Source of the DNA: Hyphochytrium catenoides
Taxonomy: Eukaryota > Protista > Hyphochytriomycota
Assembly (NCBI GenBank): GCA_900088475.1
Contig: FLMG01004054.1
Span: 1 to 64,000 of the forward strand
Direction: 5' to 3'
DNA length: 64,000 nucleotides
In this document: one piece after another, positions 38,301-50,614 of the stretch
Numbering within the stretch: the first letter of the stretch is position 1
Layout of the letters: every line of letters starts with the position of its first letter
Notes under the pieces: model-generated
The model's input: the letters and a program-made list of their open reading frames with translations, nothing else
Told to the model about the DNA's origin: nothing
Databases searched by the model: none
Program-made: the position numbers and the translations under genes

Positions 38301-40471
38301 GCTGAAGAAGGAGCAACTTGTGCGGGGTGTAGCTTCCTCTTCCTTGATCCTCATTTATCATCTTTGTAGGGTAACTGAGACGGTCTAGTCGCTCTCCTTA
38401 CCTTCAGATCATAATGACAAAAATCCCCTGCACAGCCGTTGATTTGAGTGGAACCAAGTAACTCCGCAGCTTGAAGCCGCTTCTGGCGCTGGACGTCAAT
38501 GTAGCGAGAACTCTGGTCGCCTCTATGGCGGGACGGAGACGAGAGAGACTTGGCTGGAGCAGTAGGAGAGAGGCTTTCTCCTCCTTCAGAAGGCTTCCGA
38601 GAAGCACTTAGCCTGCTATTCTCCTGCATAATTTTCGCCACAAGTCCTTCGTCTGGAACAAGAGTGGAGTTTTTCTCTCCTCTCCTCCTTATCCTCTCTT
38701 CAATGTTGGAGGGAATATGGTCTGAGCTTAGAGGGAACCCTTCCGCCATGTGCGTGAAAGGGGTACCCTTACTTCTGGGGTCGCTGGTGGGAGAAGCAGC
38801 ATAAGCCATCCTCTCCCGTTTCTCCACCTCAGAGGACTGGAAGATGCTGATCCTCCCCGGGGCCTCCTTCCCAGGTGATTGTTGCTTCATTGGTGGGGAA
38901 GAAGACTGAGAGCTATTAGAGAGAGTTGCAACTTCAAAGGTCCTTGTGCGGCACAGATGCACTATTCCCTCTCCGTCCAGTAGAAACTCTGCGTCAACAT
39001 ACGTCACTCTGACTTTGTGACAGTTCTCGACCGCACTTCGAGGCAGCGGAGACATGATTTGCAAGAGAGGGATGGAAAAAGAGGATTGATTATAAGGTGA
39101 ACGAGATGATGTGCTTGGCGTCAACTGGATGATGAAGGCAATCCGGACGCTAAGGGGTGGGGTCCATATGGGCAGTAGAAAGAAGAGAGAATGACGATTC
39201 TATAGGGAGTACCCAGGGATGGACGGTAGGGTTGAGACAAGAATAGAACGGAAGGAGCTTAACTGCATACCTGACGACCGACTTCACAATCTCAGTCATC
39301 CTACTGTTAACCCTCGCGGCCATGTTGGGCACCCTCTCAAGCTCTCCCTGCTGTACCGCCGTTACCTTGTGACCCTTGGTGCGGGGTTTGCCATCCCCGT
39401 CCATTCTGGCAACAGGAAAGAAGAGAGATTGTGGGGTGAGGTCAAGCAGAGAAAGAGCCGTAAAACTAGGTTTCCGTGTGAGACCCAAGCTGCATAGGTT
39501 GATCCGTTTTACGATTGTCAAACCACAATTTTATCTTTTCTGCCTCTGGCTTTATCTCCCCCACAAGACTGCACCTCTCCCAACTGTGTGATCCCTTGCA
39601 ACCTCTTTACCTGTACTCTAGCTCGTAGTTCGCATAACCTCCTAGAGGCGGGACCCCTCCTTTCGGGTCTGCATAAGCCTGAAAGCAAGTCACCTCTATA
39701 GGGATGCGAGACAAGAATTCGCCCACTTCGTTAAGGTTGACGATCTGCGGTGAGAGATGAGGAGGTGAGGCAACGGTGGAGATTTGTGGCATGTTGGAGA
39801 CAAACATGAAGTCTAGGAGCTGTCACATGGAGTCATGGCTAATGGAAGGAAGCAGGTGGCAGCAAGGAGAGAGTGACGAGCGGCAAAGGGATGATTGCAA
39901 CAGAGGAGTATGTTGGCGAACATGATGAAGAGCCAGCACCTTGACTGCTCCAGTATCGTAATAAGCTACGAGAATGCTCTTCTTCTTGTTATTCGGAAAG
40001 CCCATGGCGATGTGTTCTAAGGCTTCCTTTACAGCTTGAGGCGTCAAGTGCTTCTCGCTCCTTCGCTGCACCACGCCCTTGGCGCTTGTAAAGAGCCAAC
40101 TCTGCATCTGGCCCTCACTGACATGGATTGTATCGAGGATCTTTGCCTCACATGGCTGCCATATTTAGAGAAGCAGTCATAGATGGGGCAGTGAGGTGCC
40201 GATTGAAGGTGCGGGTGAAAGGAAGGAGGTGACGTAATGGAGGTAGGATAGGAGCTAAAAGAAAAAAAAAACATCCGCAAGATGGCAGGTAAGGAAAAGG
40301 GGGGCGGGCGGAGAAGGTGAACGTGGACATCCTGCGACTCACCATATCGTTACCCCTGGAGGCCATGGCCTGGCAGACCCAGGCCCAGTCCTTGCACACT
40401 GGGACCTGATTTGGTTCTAAGAAGCTGTTAGGCTTCAGGTCCCGAGTGATTTGCTGCACTTGAGACATCAT
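28566..40471 (-). CDS. Giant multidomain protein (~2,200 aa, ~24 exons): ATP-grasp-like region, Cys4 site, dynein MTBD, NDRG-like alpha/beta hydrolase fold, six IQ motifs, coiled coil, SAM, ankyrin repeats
   Basis: Exons chain in phase through GT-AG introns from ATG 40471 (in-frame TAA upstream) to TAG 28566. Motifs: CAGDFC and CRNC; LNKGEIAELRSFKNPPPAV...CAAKLCAWI; VVHDFF and HLVGIGNGA; IQxxYRGxxGRK; WTVEDVGRWLDTLSLSQY...VDGEFLLEL; GNTLLVVAC and GNTPLHYA. Confidence 0.85.
29315..29342. repeat. (GA)n microsatellite in an intron
   Basis: Direct reading. Confidence 0.9.
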
Positions 40472-40918
40472 GTGTTCAAAAGCGTGACCGTCTCTTCTGT
40501 TTTACAGCTGCGCTCTCTTCAGGATCCCTTTCTGATCTTCAACATTCTTCAGGATAGAGCCAAGCATCTGCCCCTCCCTGTCAGGCCACAGCCTCTGAAG
40601 CTCGACTACAGCTCGGCATCTTTGGGCAGAAGCCTGGCAGACAATGAGCTTCACGCGTGTCTTCCCGTCAGCGATACCCCGAAGCCAAGAAGTCCCGCTT
40701 TCGGAAAGGAAAGGCGTAGTGTAGAGTTTGGACGAAGCTAGTTAAGTAGTGCTTCGGCAGCCATCATTGAGAGAGAACGACAGAGCCACAAATGGGCAGT
40801 GGCAGCCTAGTAGAGCAGGCACGATACTATGATAGCAAAGGGTGAAGACTAAGAGAGACAGATAACTGAGCGACACGGAGAGTACGAGAAAGGGAAGAAA
40901 GAGACACGCATGATACAT

Positions 40919-41099
40919 GGATAGATAGATAGATAGATAGAAAAAGTTAGTAGGCGACAGCAAACAAGGTCGAGACAAGCTTAGGCACCCACTCTGTGAG
41001 AGAGAGCGAGAGAGCGAGAGCGAGAGCGAGAGCGAGAGCGAGAGCGAGAGAGAGAGCGAGAGAGAGAGCGAGAGAGAGAGCGAGAGAGAGAGAGAGAGT
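40919..41099. repeat. Compound microsatellite: (GATA)n at ~40920-40941 and (GAGAGC)n/(GA)n at ~40998-41099
   Basis: Direct reading. Confidence 0.9.
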
Positions 41100-41835
41100 C
41101 AGAGTAGACAGAGAGAACTAGTGAGAGAGAGAGAGAAAGAGGAGAGAAGCTTGAACACTGAGGCCTGTGGTTCCGAAGCCAAAAAATGGCATCACCGCTC
41201 TCCAAATAGCCTATTTTCTCCAAACCAGTTTGGGGGTTAACACACATCAGCGCTAACATCTTGCCACTTATGGCTTTAGAATAACGGTCTAGGTTAAGTT
41301 GTCAGCAAGGGAGACAGTGAGGACGAAGGTCGTTACATTGATGATGATGGCCACCCTGATTAACAATATATAAAGTGATATCCCTAATACTGCGCACATG
41401 GATGGGATTTATTGGGGATGAGGACGATTGCTTCTAACGCTTCTGAGAGGGCTTGGACACGGCGAACCGGCAGGGAGACAGAACCCTGACAACCTACCAG
41501 CGGGAAGACAGAGAGAGAGAGAGACAAAGAGGGAGAGAGAAAGAGAAAAAGAGACTGAGAGAGGAAGAAACTGTCAGAGGAGACCCAAAGAAGAGGAAAA
41601 TCCCCACAGGGAGACGCGAAGAGACAAAGGTTCAAATGAGGAACTCCTGAGATGACCTAGAGGCAATGGTCTTGTGATCACTGTTCTGAAGCGTTGCTTG
41701 ACTTCAACTTCAGTTAGCTTAGGAAGCATTTCACTAATCTGCTGCATTGCCGCCTTCCATGCTGCTGCTCTCACCCCCGAGTCTGCTTCTAAAACCCCAG
41801 AGTTACTACCAGGCCCGATCGAGAGCTGAAGACCA

Positions 41836-43112
41836 ATGAGCAGCAAAGGCAAGTAATCGCGACGTCCACGGCCTTTTCACACCTTCATTAAGCCGCAGCC
41901 TCGGCAAAGCTATTCTTCTCATCTAGTATCCTTTGTTTGTCTCGTCACGCTTCTCTCAGTCTCATTCTCAAAATGAACTTTTTGTTAAGCAGGACCTCAT
42001 CGACTCTTACCTGAATAGGCCCCATCTATCTACTGCTTCTCTCCCTACAGACAGGGCTAACACCACTGTTATGGAAAACATGCGGTCAAGGCCTGCCCAA
42101 AGTGGTAGATCGCGTGCTTTATACAGAACTAGGAAAGGTAGCTGTTTGCTTTCTCACCCTAATGGCAATGGGGAAGCTAAGGTCCGTTGTAAGAGTTTGG
42201 ACCTTCGAGCAGAGTTTGCAATGTGCAGCTCTTCCTGCGGCCATATATTGCCTACAGAACCTACTGAACCAGCTGGCAATGCAGACCTTGGATTCCACCA
42301 CCTTCATCATTCTCAACCAGACGAAGATTATTTTCACTGCTCTTTTTGTCTATTTGATGCTGGGGAAGAGGCAGTCACGGCAGCAAATCTTAGCGCTACT
42401 TCTTCTCGTGCTAGGAACCTCTATTATTGTCATTGGTAAGCAGTCCGAAGCTACACAAACAAAGAAAGATAGGGTTCTTGAGAGCGACGCTCCACTTGCC
42501 ATTGGCGCTGCGGTGCTTGCCGGTGCTCTGTCAGGCTTAGCAGCCGCGATCGTTCAGTCTGCTTTGCAGGAAGCTAAGCGCGAGCCTTCCTTCTACACTC
42601 TGGAGCTTGCTTTCTACTCCATGCCTATTCTACTGCTGGGTGCCTTCCGGATGGATGGAGGAGGGTCCGTAAGAGCAAGGAAGCTTTCTTCATCACCCGA
42701 CTTTCCGCCATCACCCCAGCTCCATTGGCTCCTTCCTGTCGTCTTGCAAGCGGTCGGCGGCCTGCTTGTCGGCCTGGTAGCCAAACACTGTGGAAGTGTG
42801 CGAAAGGGGTTCTCCGTTGTCCTGGGCATCGTCATTTCAACCTTCGTCGACTGTATGCTTTACAATCGACGTCTAAACCTCTCTGCAGTGGGAGGAATCG
42901 CCCTGGTTGCTTTTAGCCTCTATCTACATTTGACGTACCCGTACAAGTTGGTGCCGCCTGCTGTTCCCAAGGGAGTGAAAGAGAGTACACCGAGAATGTC
43001 ATATGAGAGGTCTTCAGTATATGAAAGGTGTAGGCAGCCTCTAGAGAAGCTCCGTCTGTTTGGGATCTACTCCAGAAAGCGCGTTAAGGAGCATCCTCTC
43101 CAGCTATGTTGA
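41836..43112 (+). CDS. SLC35A-type nucleotide-sugar transporter (CMP-Sia/UDP-Gal family); probable exons 41836-41848 and 42019-43112
   Basis: TM1 IYLLLLSLQTGLTPLL, TELGK, LPAAIYCLQN, NQTKIIFTA, GGLLVGLVAKHCGSVRKGF. The 5' exon is joined by an inferred GC-AG intron. Confidence 0.88.
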
Positions 43113-43281
43113 GTGCCAGAGAAATTGGACAGCTGAAAGAGAAAGGGAAAGGTTGACGACAGAAGAGATTAACTCTCCTAGTTGTCCCGAGTACTCTGGT
43201 GGACTGTTGTAGATCGAAGGTTCTCAAGCAGGCAGGGCCTATAAAGACTTCCCACCATGCCCTTGCTTTCAGCACTCAGTG

Positions 43282-45612
43282 CTACCAGAGGCGAGATGTA
43301 GGCTCGGACTCTTTTAGCTGAGCTAGAGCCGCGATTCCTCCTGTTTTTGCAAAACAGAGCCCGATAGCCGTTTCTTCTTCACATACTTCCTCAGGGCGAT
43401 TCCTCGACTCCATCTGTTCTGGATTTGTTGTCGCCCTATGACGCCGCTCACGATGTCGCAGCTCCGTGTCATACTCAACTTCTTCTCCGACTCGTTCCTC
43501 TCCCTTTACACTTGGCCTTTCCTCCGTTTTGTAACGTTCAATATCACCAATACTTACATCGTCGCCCTTCTCTTCTTCTACCTCTTCCTCGGTGCTTACA
43601 TCCAAATCTTCATCCCCTTCATAACCTCCAGACGACTCTTCCTTACCCCTTATTCGCGCTTTTCTCCTGACTGAATTCCTCTTGTTCCACTTTGATGGCG
43701 TCCTCCTGGTTGGTGCCTCCGGTTGTTTTCCCTCTAGTCCTTCCACAGCTTCGATGCTAGGCATAGGCGTTTCTTTTCTCTGTCCATGGGTATAACTTTC
43801 AATGTCATTATTGAGCCCTGGGGCCGACGAAGGGTGAGAAGGAGTGGAAGGATTCTCCTCGTTTGGTGAATCATCAATGTATCCAGTTCCCATCGGTAGG
43901 GTCCCGAACTCCTTTTGCCACTCGAACCGAAGGCCAAGGTGCAGCTTTGCCATAGAGACAAAGTGCTCCCTCTCACTTTGCAGAGGATTGCGGGGATATT
44001 GCTGCAAAATCATAGCTACTAGCAAGTCCAGAAGGTTCCCCTTGTTTCCCTTATCTAAAGCTTCGTTGATCAGTCTTTGTTGTACCGAGAGCATATTCTC
44101 ATCATCTCCACTTTCCATGTCTTCCCAACCCTGAGAAAAGAGGTCTTCGAGTTCTCCGATTCTCTGCTGAGCTTTCTCCAGTAAGTCCTCTTCCACAATC
44201 ACCAATCTCTCTCTCATCTTGTCTATCTTGGTTTGATCGCCAGGCCGCTCTCTTTCTATTCTCTCCAAAAGAGAATCCCTAAGACGGATAAGCTGAAGAC
44301 TCAAGTGAGAGTTAGAGCCACAGAGCGCGGCAGCTTGAAAACGCTGGCAGAAAAGCGAAGATTCTATGAAAGTGTTTCGTTTAGGAGGCTTCAGAGATGA
44401 GGAGATATATCTCAGCCAGTAATAGAGCCCAAGAGTGCCAAAAGAGTGAGATAAAAAGCCAGAAAGAAAGGTACTTCTTAGAGCAAAGAATGGGGCTATT
44501 GAAATAGATCTGGGTGGAGAGATCTAGACTTTAGACAAAGACTAATACCTGGTCAATGGCTAGCTGTGCATCTCTTTGCCTGGCGTTTTGCGCCATTTCC
44601 TCCTTCATAGCCATCTTCTCTACTTCCGCTGCTACTTCTGCTTTCCAAATTAGGTCTTTTGAGGTGTGCCGCAGCATAGTCTTCAGACTGTTCACACTCT
44701 TCCATGGCGTAGGGGACGTCACTCGACGCCACAGCTCTGCTACTTGCTCTTCGCCTATCCTCTCAGGGTAGCTCACAACGTGATACTTGTCGTCTGGTGT
44801 GGCAATGCTGGCACCAAGGAGAAACTCTTCTAGGCCATCCTGCTCAGTGTGCAAAGCAATTCCTACGGGAAGCAGAGCAGCACAGAGAAAAATATGTGAG
44901 AAGTGCACCCGAAGAGGGAAAAGAAGGACGCATAGCTAGTTCAGGAAAGTTGAAGAGGAGAACGAAGGAATGGAGGACCTAGAATTGTAGCAATAACGGA
45001 CGACATCCTCAGATAAGTGCAACTGCTATCCAATAGTGAAAGGCTACCTAGGTCGAACATCTCCCCTATGGCGGTCTTGAAGTTTTCTGCCAGGACCTGC
45101 TCGACTCTCTCTTTGACAAGTTCTATGGATTCGTCATCTACGGCCTCATCGCTCAACAGCTTGGTCAAGTTGATAGCGATTAGTGGCATGGACACACAGG
45201 GGCGATGCTCTGCCAGGTCGTGAGACGGCTCCTCCCATTGGGGTGCATCGAGAGCTTTAAATGTGTCCTCTTCTACCTCGGTGTTTTCAAGGACTGCAGT
45301 CCTGGTTAAAGGAATTTCCTCAACCTCTATCAAGTCCTCCCATGTATCAACAGCCAATGGTCTGCCTGAATTCGGACGGCTGGCGGCTTGACCAACACTT
45401 TGCTCAACGATCACTGTCTCACTCGCTCGGCTTATCGCTTGATAGCTTTGTTCAGGTCCGCGTGGTCCATGGGTTAGGTCGCCGCTTCCAGAGGATGATA
45501 ACGATCGATGGGCGCGGCCCACAAGCCCTGGATCTATCCTCAGCGTTAACGCATCCTTCTTTACGACTCGAACGGTCCTGCTGGTTCCCGGCTTAGCCTT
45601 CAGAACCTCCAT
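43282..45612 (-). CDS. Hypothetical protein with a helical core and acidic/basic tail, 3 exons
   Basis: Three long ORFs join in phase via GT-AG introns (~45047-44864 and ~44549-44293). No family recognised. Confidence 0.7.
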
Positions 45613-46884
45613 GATGATGCTTAGAGAACTCGGTATACTGCTCGCTGGCACTTCACCCCTCGCGGAGCTCAGCGCATCTGGGCATCTGGCGCGCAGCTCA
45701 GCACATGCAGTAGCTTGGCGTTATCCTACCGTTGCTCTATCTTGAGTTGTGGGTGAGCCTTGCAGTGTACGTGACCAGAGTTCACCTGGAAGACGCACAG
45801 GAAGGTCGACGCTTGCCAACAGAGCAGCAGCAGCATCAGATCACCTCATCGTCGCCACCACCAAACCTTGAAACACCCTCCATTGCCGACAAGATCAGGG
45901 ATATTATAAGGTAGGTTTTGAATCCATCGCAAATAACCTCTGCTAATTCCCGACCGAGCTGATTACCATGAGAATGATCAGAGCCTGACAAGTTCTTGGA
46001 GTGCTGTTGGACGTTCGGCTGATAAGGGTGGAAGTGGAAGGAAGAGAAGATGATCAACAGCCATGCTGCCTCTGTCTTCAGTTTTCTCCCTCGCGCGTCG
46101 AGCTAAAGTAATCGTCAGGCCCCTGGGCAGCCTGAGATAGCCTAGTGAGTAGATGAGCAGCGCCATTTCCAACACAAAGTTCCGCTCGACTTTCTAGTGT
46201 AAGTGAGCTTCATAGTTGGTGAAAGAGACTTAAGGTATGTGGACGGAGTCTCATGACCTCAGACTATTCAGCTTCTCATTGTTCTTATTGAGGGTGTGCT
46301 GGTTTCACACCCCTCAGCTAGACCCTCACTTTGGATGGTAGAAGCCATCGCCTACCTAAAATTCACTCTTCTTGGTAGTTGGATGGGAGGTGCTTATCAA
46401 TGAAGCTAAGGCAGCCTGTGGAGGAAGATTCCTTTTCGATTGCAAAGATTAGCAGGAGTCTACGCCAAGGATCCTCCACATCACCGCAGTCGTGGATTGC
46501 AAGACTAATGAACACAATTGACTTGATGCTCGTAACCCTTTCTTCTATATCACCTCACGCGAACCCTATGGATGCTCCAAAGTGTTGCCCTGACAATGCC
46601 ATTGCCCACCATCCCGCGCCGTAGCTGAGCCTTCCAACAAGCAACGCAGACTTACAAATGCAGGAAAACGCTATGTATTTTGTTTAGGATCTGTGCTTTT
46701 TGCTCGAATAAGTTCGAGGAAAGCCACGGCACTCGCTCTTCTGGAGAGCCTGAAAGATTTTTGGGAGGCAATAGTAAAACGATGAAGCCACGACGTAGAC
46801 CTTCCACCGCCACTAAGCAAGGAGAAAACAAACATCTAAAAAGTCCAGGCACAACACGCTTTCTTCATTAAGGTAACCGCCCGC

Positions 46885-48092
46885 CTATGAGAGCTGAATG
46901 TGGCTTGGATAGAGCTTCCCGCAGATTTTCTCGAGCTCTCCGAATGCCCTGTCCAGGTCATCATTGACGATTGCGTGGTCGAAAGAGCCAGGCAGGGCCG
47001 CATAATCCATCTCCGCCTTAGCGTTCGCCACACGAAGCCTTATCGTCTCCTCATTCTCCGTTTTTCTACGTTAATGAAGGGAAGGAGGCGAGATCATGAG
47101 AGCAAAAAGGAAGAAAGATCGCGAACCATAGCATTGGAGAAAACAATATCCAATTAGTGCCTGTGAGAAGTATAGGGTGGCGAGATCTAGTGCTGACCTT
47201 CCGCGAAGTCTTTCTTCCAAATCTTCTATGGAAGGAGGAGCTATCCAAAGATAGTGTGGCTTCAAAGTTGATGCCTTGATCTTTTTAACTCCTTGGATGT
47301 CCACTTCAATGATGCAAATCTTGCCCTCTTCCATTACCTAAACAAAGGATAAAGAGTCAACTATTGCAATCGAATCGCTCGAGCTCGTTTGGTACCAAGT
47401 CTACCTTCCGGACACTGGAGAAGCTGGTGCCGTACAGGTTACCATGCACCTCTGCGAACTCTATAAATCGGCCCTCTGCAACGCTCTTTTGCATTTCTTC
47501 TTTAGGAACAAAGTGGTAATGGATACCATTCTCCTCACCTTCAGATCGAGCTAGGTAAGATACTTGGGTCTCAGCCTCAGTATGAAGATTGACACGGTCT
47601 TACCAGGTCGTGGGTTGCGTGTGGTGTGGCTGACGGAGAAGCCAAAAGCGCTGGGATACTTCTTCCTGAGCATGCCTACTAGTGTCCCTTTGCCTACCCC
47701 GGATGGGCCCGCGATGACAACAGGCTGAGTGATTTTCTGGGTTGCAAATAAGTCAGAAACCCTTCATATGTAGTAATGCATCAGGGATCTTACTTTTTCT
47801 GTTCTTGGAACGTAGGAGGTGAAAAAGGTCTTGGCATAGTTGACGACATTATCCGGCTTGTCGGTCATCACCGAGGTCACAAACGCCGTCAGCATGTGCC
47901 GCAGCTCTGGGTGCTTCGCCATGTATGAGCTGTGCTCCTCGCGGATTTTCAGCTAAACGTAATAGAGAACGTCAGATTCGCGCTTAATTTCAGCTTAGGA
48001 CGCTCTATCTGTCATCTTCTCCGTCCTACCTTCTTCTCATTTATAACTGCAATTTCCTCGATAGAGAGCGATGCAAAGTCGGAGCTGCTCAT
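46885..48092 (-). CDS. Guanylate kinase with an N-terminal RIIa/Dpy-30-type dimerization-docking domain, 6 exons
   Basis: N-terminus [35 protein letters not shown]. Then P-loop [39 protein letters not shown] and IVNDDLDRA. Confidence 0.92.
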
Positions 48093-48754
48093 TCTCGTTG
48101 ACCTGGCAAGGGAGACAGCAGACCTCACGAGAGCCAGACCGAGGGTCACGCTGTTTGTTGGTCGTCAGGAAGAACGGAAGTCAACTCACAGCACGCGAGC
48201 CATGCTGGAAGTCATCACCAATCACCAGTAAGCAAGACTGAAAGTGATCATGGGGCGGTCAGTGGTGGTGTGTCCTGATCTCTCGATCACTCTGCCTGAA
48301 GTTTTGTCTGTGCTCTGATGGCAGCTAGGGGTCATCCACTACCAAAGTTTGCAGAATGCCGAATACAAACCGCTTCATTCCAGGTACATAACACTAATAC
48401 TCAATTTATTCTTGATTATAGGCGTACGTTTTTCCCAACAATCCGTTTTTTGACTTGATCTCCAATACTTCGTTCCTTGATAGGATCAGAGGAGGGACCA
48501 TCGACAGGAGTGATGGATGATGGACTATGAAGTGACAGGGAACCTGCTGCCGCCACTGTGAGTTCTGACTTCTGACGGATCGTTACTTGGAGTTAGAGGC
48601 TTGAGGCCGCCTCCACCATAGAGGACACAGCGCTTGGCTTTAATTAAATAACACAAGTGGACGTCTTATCCCGTAAACCCTTGTGGTCCAGCTCGAGTCC
48701 CGGTCTGTCTAACAAGGAGCGGAGGGATGATCTAGACGCTGTCGTCTCGGTGCC

Positions 48755-49879
48755 TTAAAGGTAGTGTCTGTGAGGCGTAGTAGCGTCATCGTGGAGTTCA
48801 TCCTTCTCAATAAGATCCGGCGAGTCAGTGAACTTCGCTAGAAGGTATCGAGCTTCTTCAGGGAATATGCCGCTCTTTTGCATTCTGAGAAAGTTGTCTT
48901 GTACCTTTAAGTAATAGTGACGGGTCAGGAGCTAACGCAAGGTTGCAAAAACAATAATGGCTGTTTACCCAGAACTGGATGCCGTTCATTAGGCACGGAC
49001 ACAGGAGCATAACCACGAGCAGCTTCGTACGGGGATAGTGGTCCCATGGGCTTAACATCCACGCACCTAACGCCGCCATAGGAGTGAACATTGCAAAGAT
49101 CATGACCGTAACGATAAGCTTTGAAACGAACACCAGGCAGACCCACGCGCCTGCTTGGTTGGCCCAGACGCTAATAGTTTTCGAAGCGGAATTAGTGATG
49201 CACAACGCTAAATCGGAAGTTATGGGTGGAGTCTCACATCATAGATGGCGGATTCCCGTAATCGCCGCTAACTTGTAGAGATCTCCAGCCAAACTCTCCC
49301 TACAAGCAGCACAACAATAGGATTAGCGCAGGCTAAACGTCAGTCAACTTAACGAGCAGATGACATAAAGGGATCTCCTACCGCGAGCCTTTGCTGGAAG
49401 TGAAGCCCCAAGAGCATAAGCAACATACCCAGCGTGACGTCCATCAAGTAGTTGATGAAGTAGAAGGCACACTGATCATAGTACAAGCAAAGCGTTAGAG
49501 CAGCTAAGCTAAGGTAGGTTGCAAGGTCGATGGGAAGATGAGATTAGGCTCCATCTGAAGAGCATACCTCGTCTGCATCTTCTGATTTCGATGAGCTGGA
49601 AAAGAACTCGGCAATTAGAATATTCATCATGTGGCCAAAGAATGCGGCGATACCCTGTTTTGAGGTATCGAGGACCCACACCTAGGCCAGCAGGTGGTAT
49701 ACTCAGAAACCACTGCCATAGATTATAAGCTCCAAGGAAAGACCTACCAGAAGGGGCCTCTTGTTAGTCTCTCTGTACCTCTTGATGACGAGGACACTTA
49801 TTGCAGCAATTCCTAGCAGCAACTGGACAAAGTTGGCGAATCCATCACCGAGGATGTTGCATCGGTGCTCAGGAGACAT
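48755..49879 (-). CDS. TMEM110: STIMATE/TMEM110-family membrane protein, about 6 exons
   Basis: LVIKRYRE..RPLLVWVLDTSKQ, DECAFYFINYLMDVTLG, SGDYGNPP, LLVVMLLCPCLMNGIQFWVQDNFL. Confidence 0.88.
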
Positions 49880-50614
49880 CTTTTGATAAGGCGTTGCCAA
49901 GGTCTTTCGCTAGCCTAGCTTATCAAAACGCTAACTCCTCGTTACCGTGGCTATGCAAGTACTAAGACGAAGACTTGTGGCACATGTCTGTCACTTTATG
50001 TTGGTTGCCAGAGCACTTACTGCGACAATAGAATCCCTTACTAGTAGGTAATCCTAGTGCCTTGCAAGAAGAGCTTCCCTACTTGGCTTGAGCCTTCGCC
50101 TACAAGAAGAGCTATGCAGCTGCAAATATTGGTCTGGAAGTGGTGGCACATCATTCGTATACTAGCGGCGAATGCCTCGTGCCCTTTCCATCCTCAGCCC
50201 TCCATCAGCGTGCGCTGATCTTGCTTGTCATCCTTGACTGGTCCATCGCGCTTCAACCTAAGAGTAGAAACGGACGCGTAATGTTTCATCAGCCTTGCAA
50301 ATATTCCTTCAAGGAGAGTTACCATATTTTATTAGGGGAAAAGCTCCTTTCTTTCATTGAAAGGTTCAAGTCCTCTTGCATCATGTTGAAACATTTCCTT
50401 GACTGATAACTCGGAGAATGTTCTGTTCATTGAAAGGCAAGTCTTCGTCTGTTGGCCGTCGCAGACGTAGCAGGATGATAGAGCTCAACAAGCACATGAT
50501 CTTGCTTCTTCCGGCACTAAGATCATCTCTTCTTGTCCTTTCTTTTTCTTTGTTCGGTGCCAAAGAGAAGGTCCCAGACGTGTCGATGTGACTGGGTTAC
50601 CCGGCGCGAAGAAG

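Noticed and set aside
41973-42014. Possible TGA reassignment or readthrough (in-frame TGA before SLC35A TM1)
   Set aside because: Better explained by a GC-AG intron. TGA terminates other genes (18267, 43112), and conserved Trp positions use TGG.
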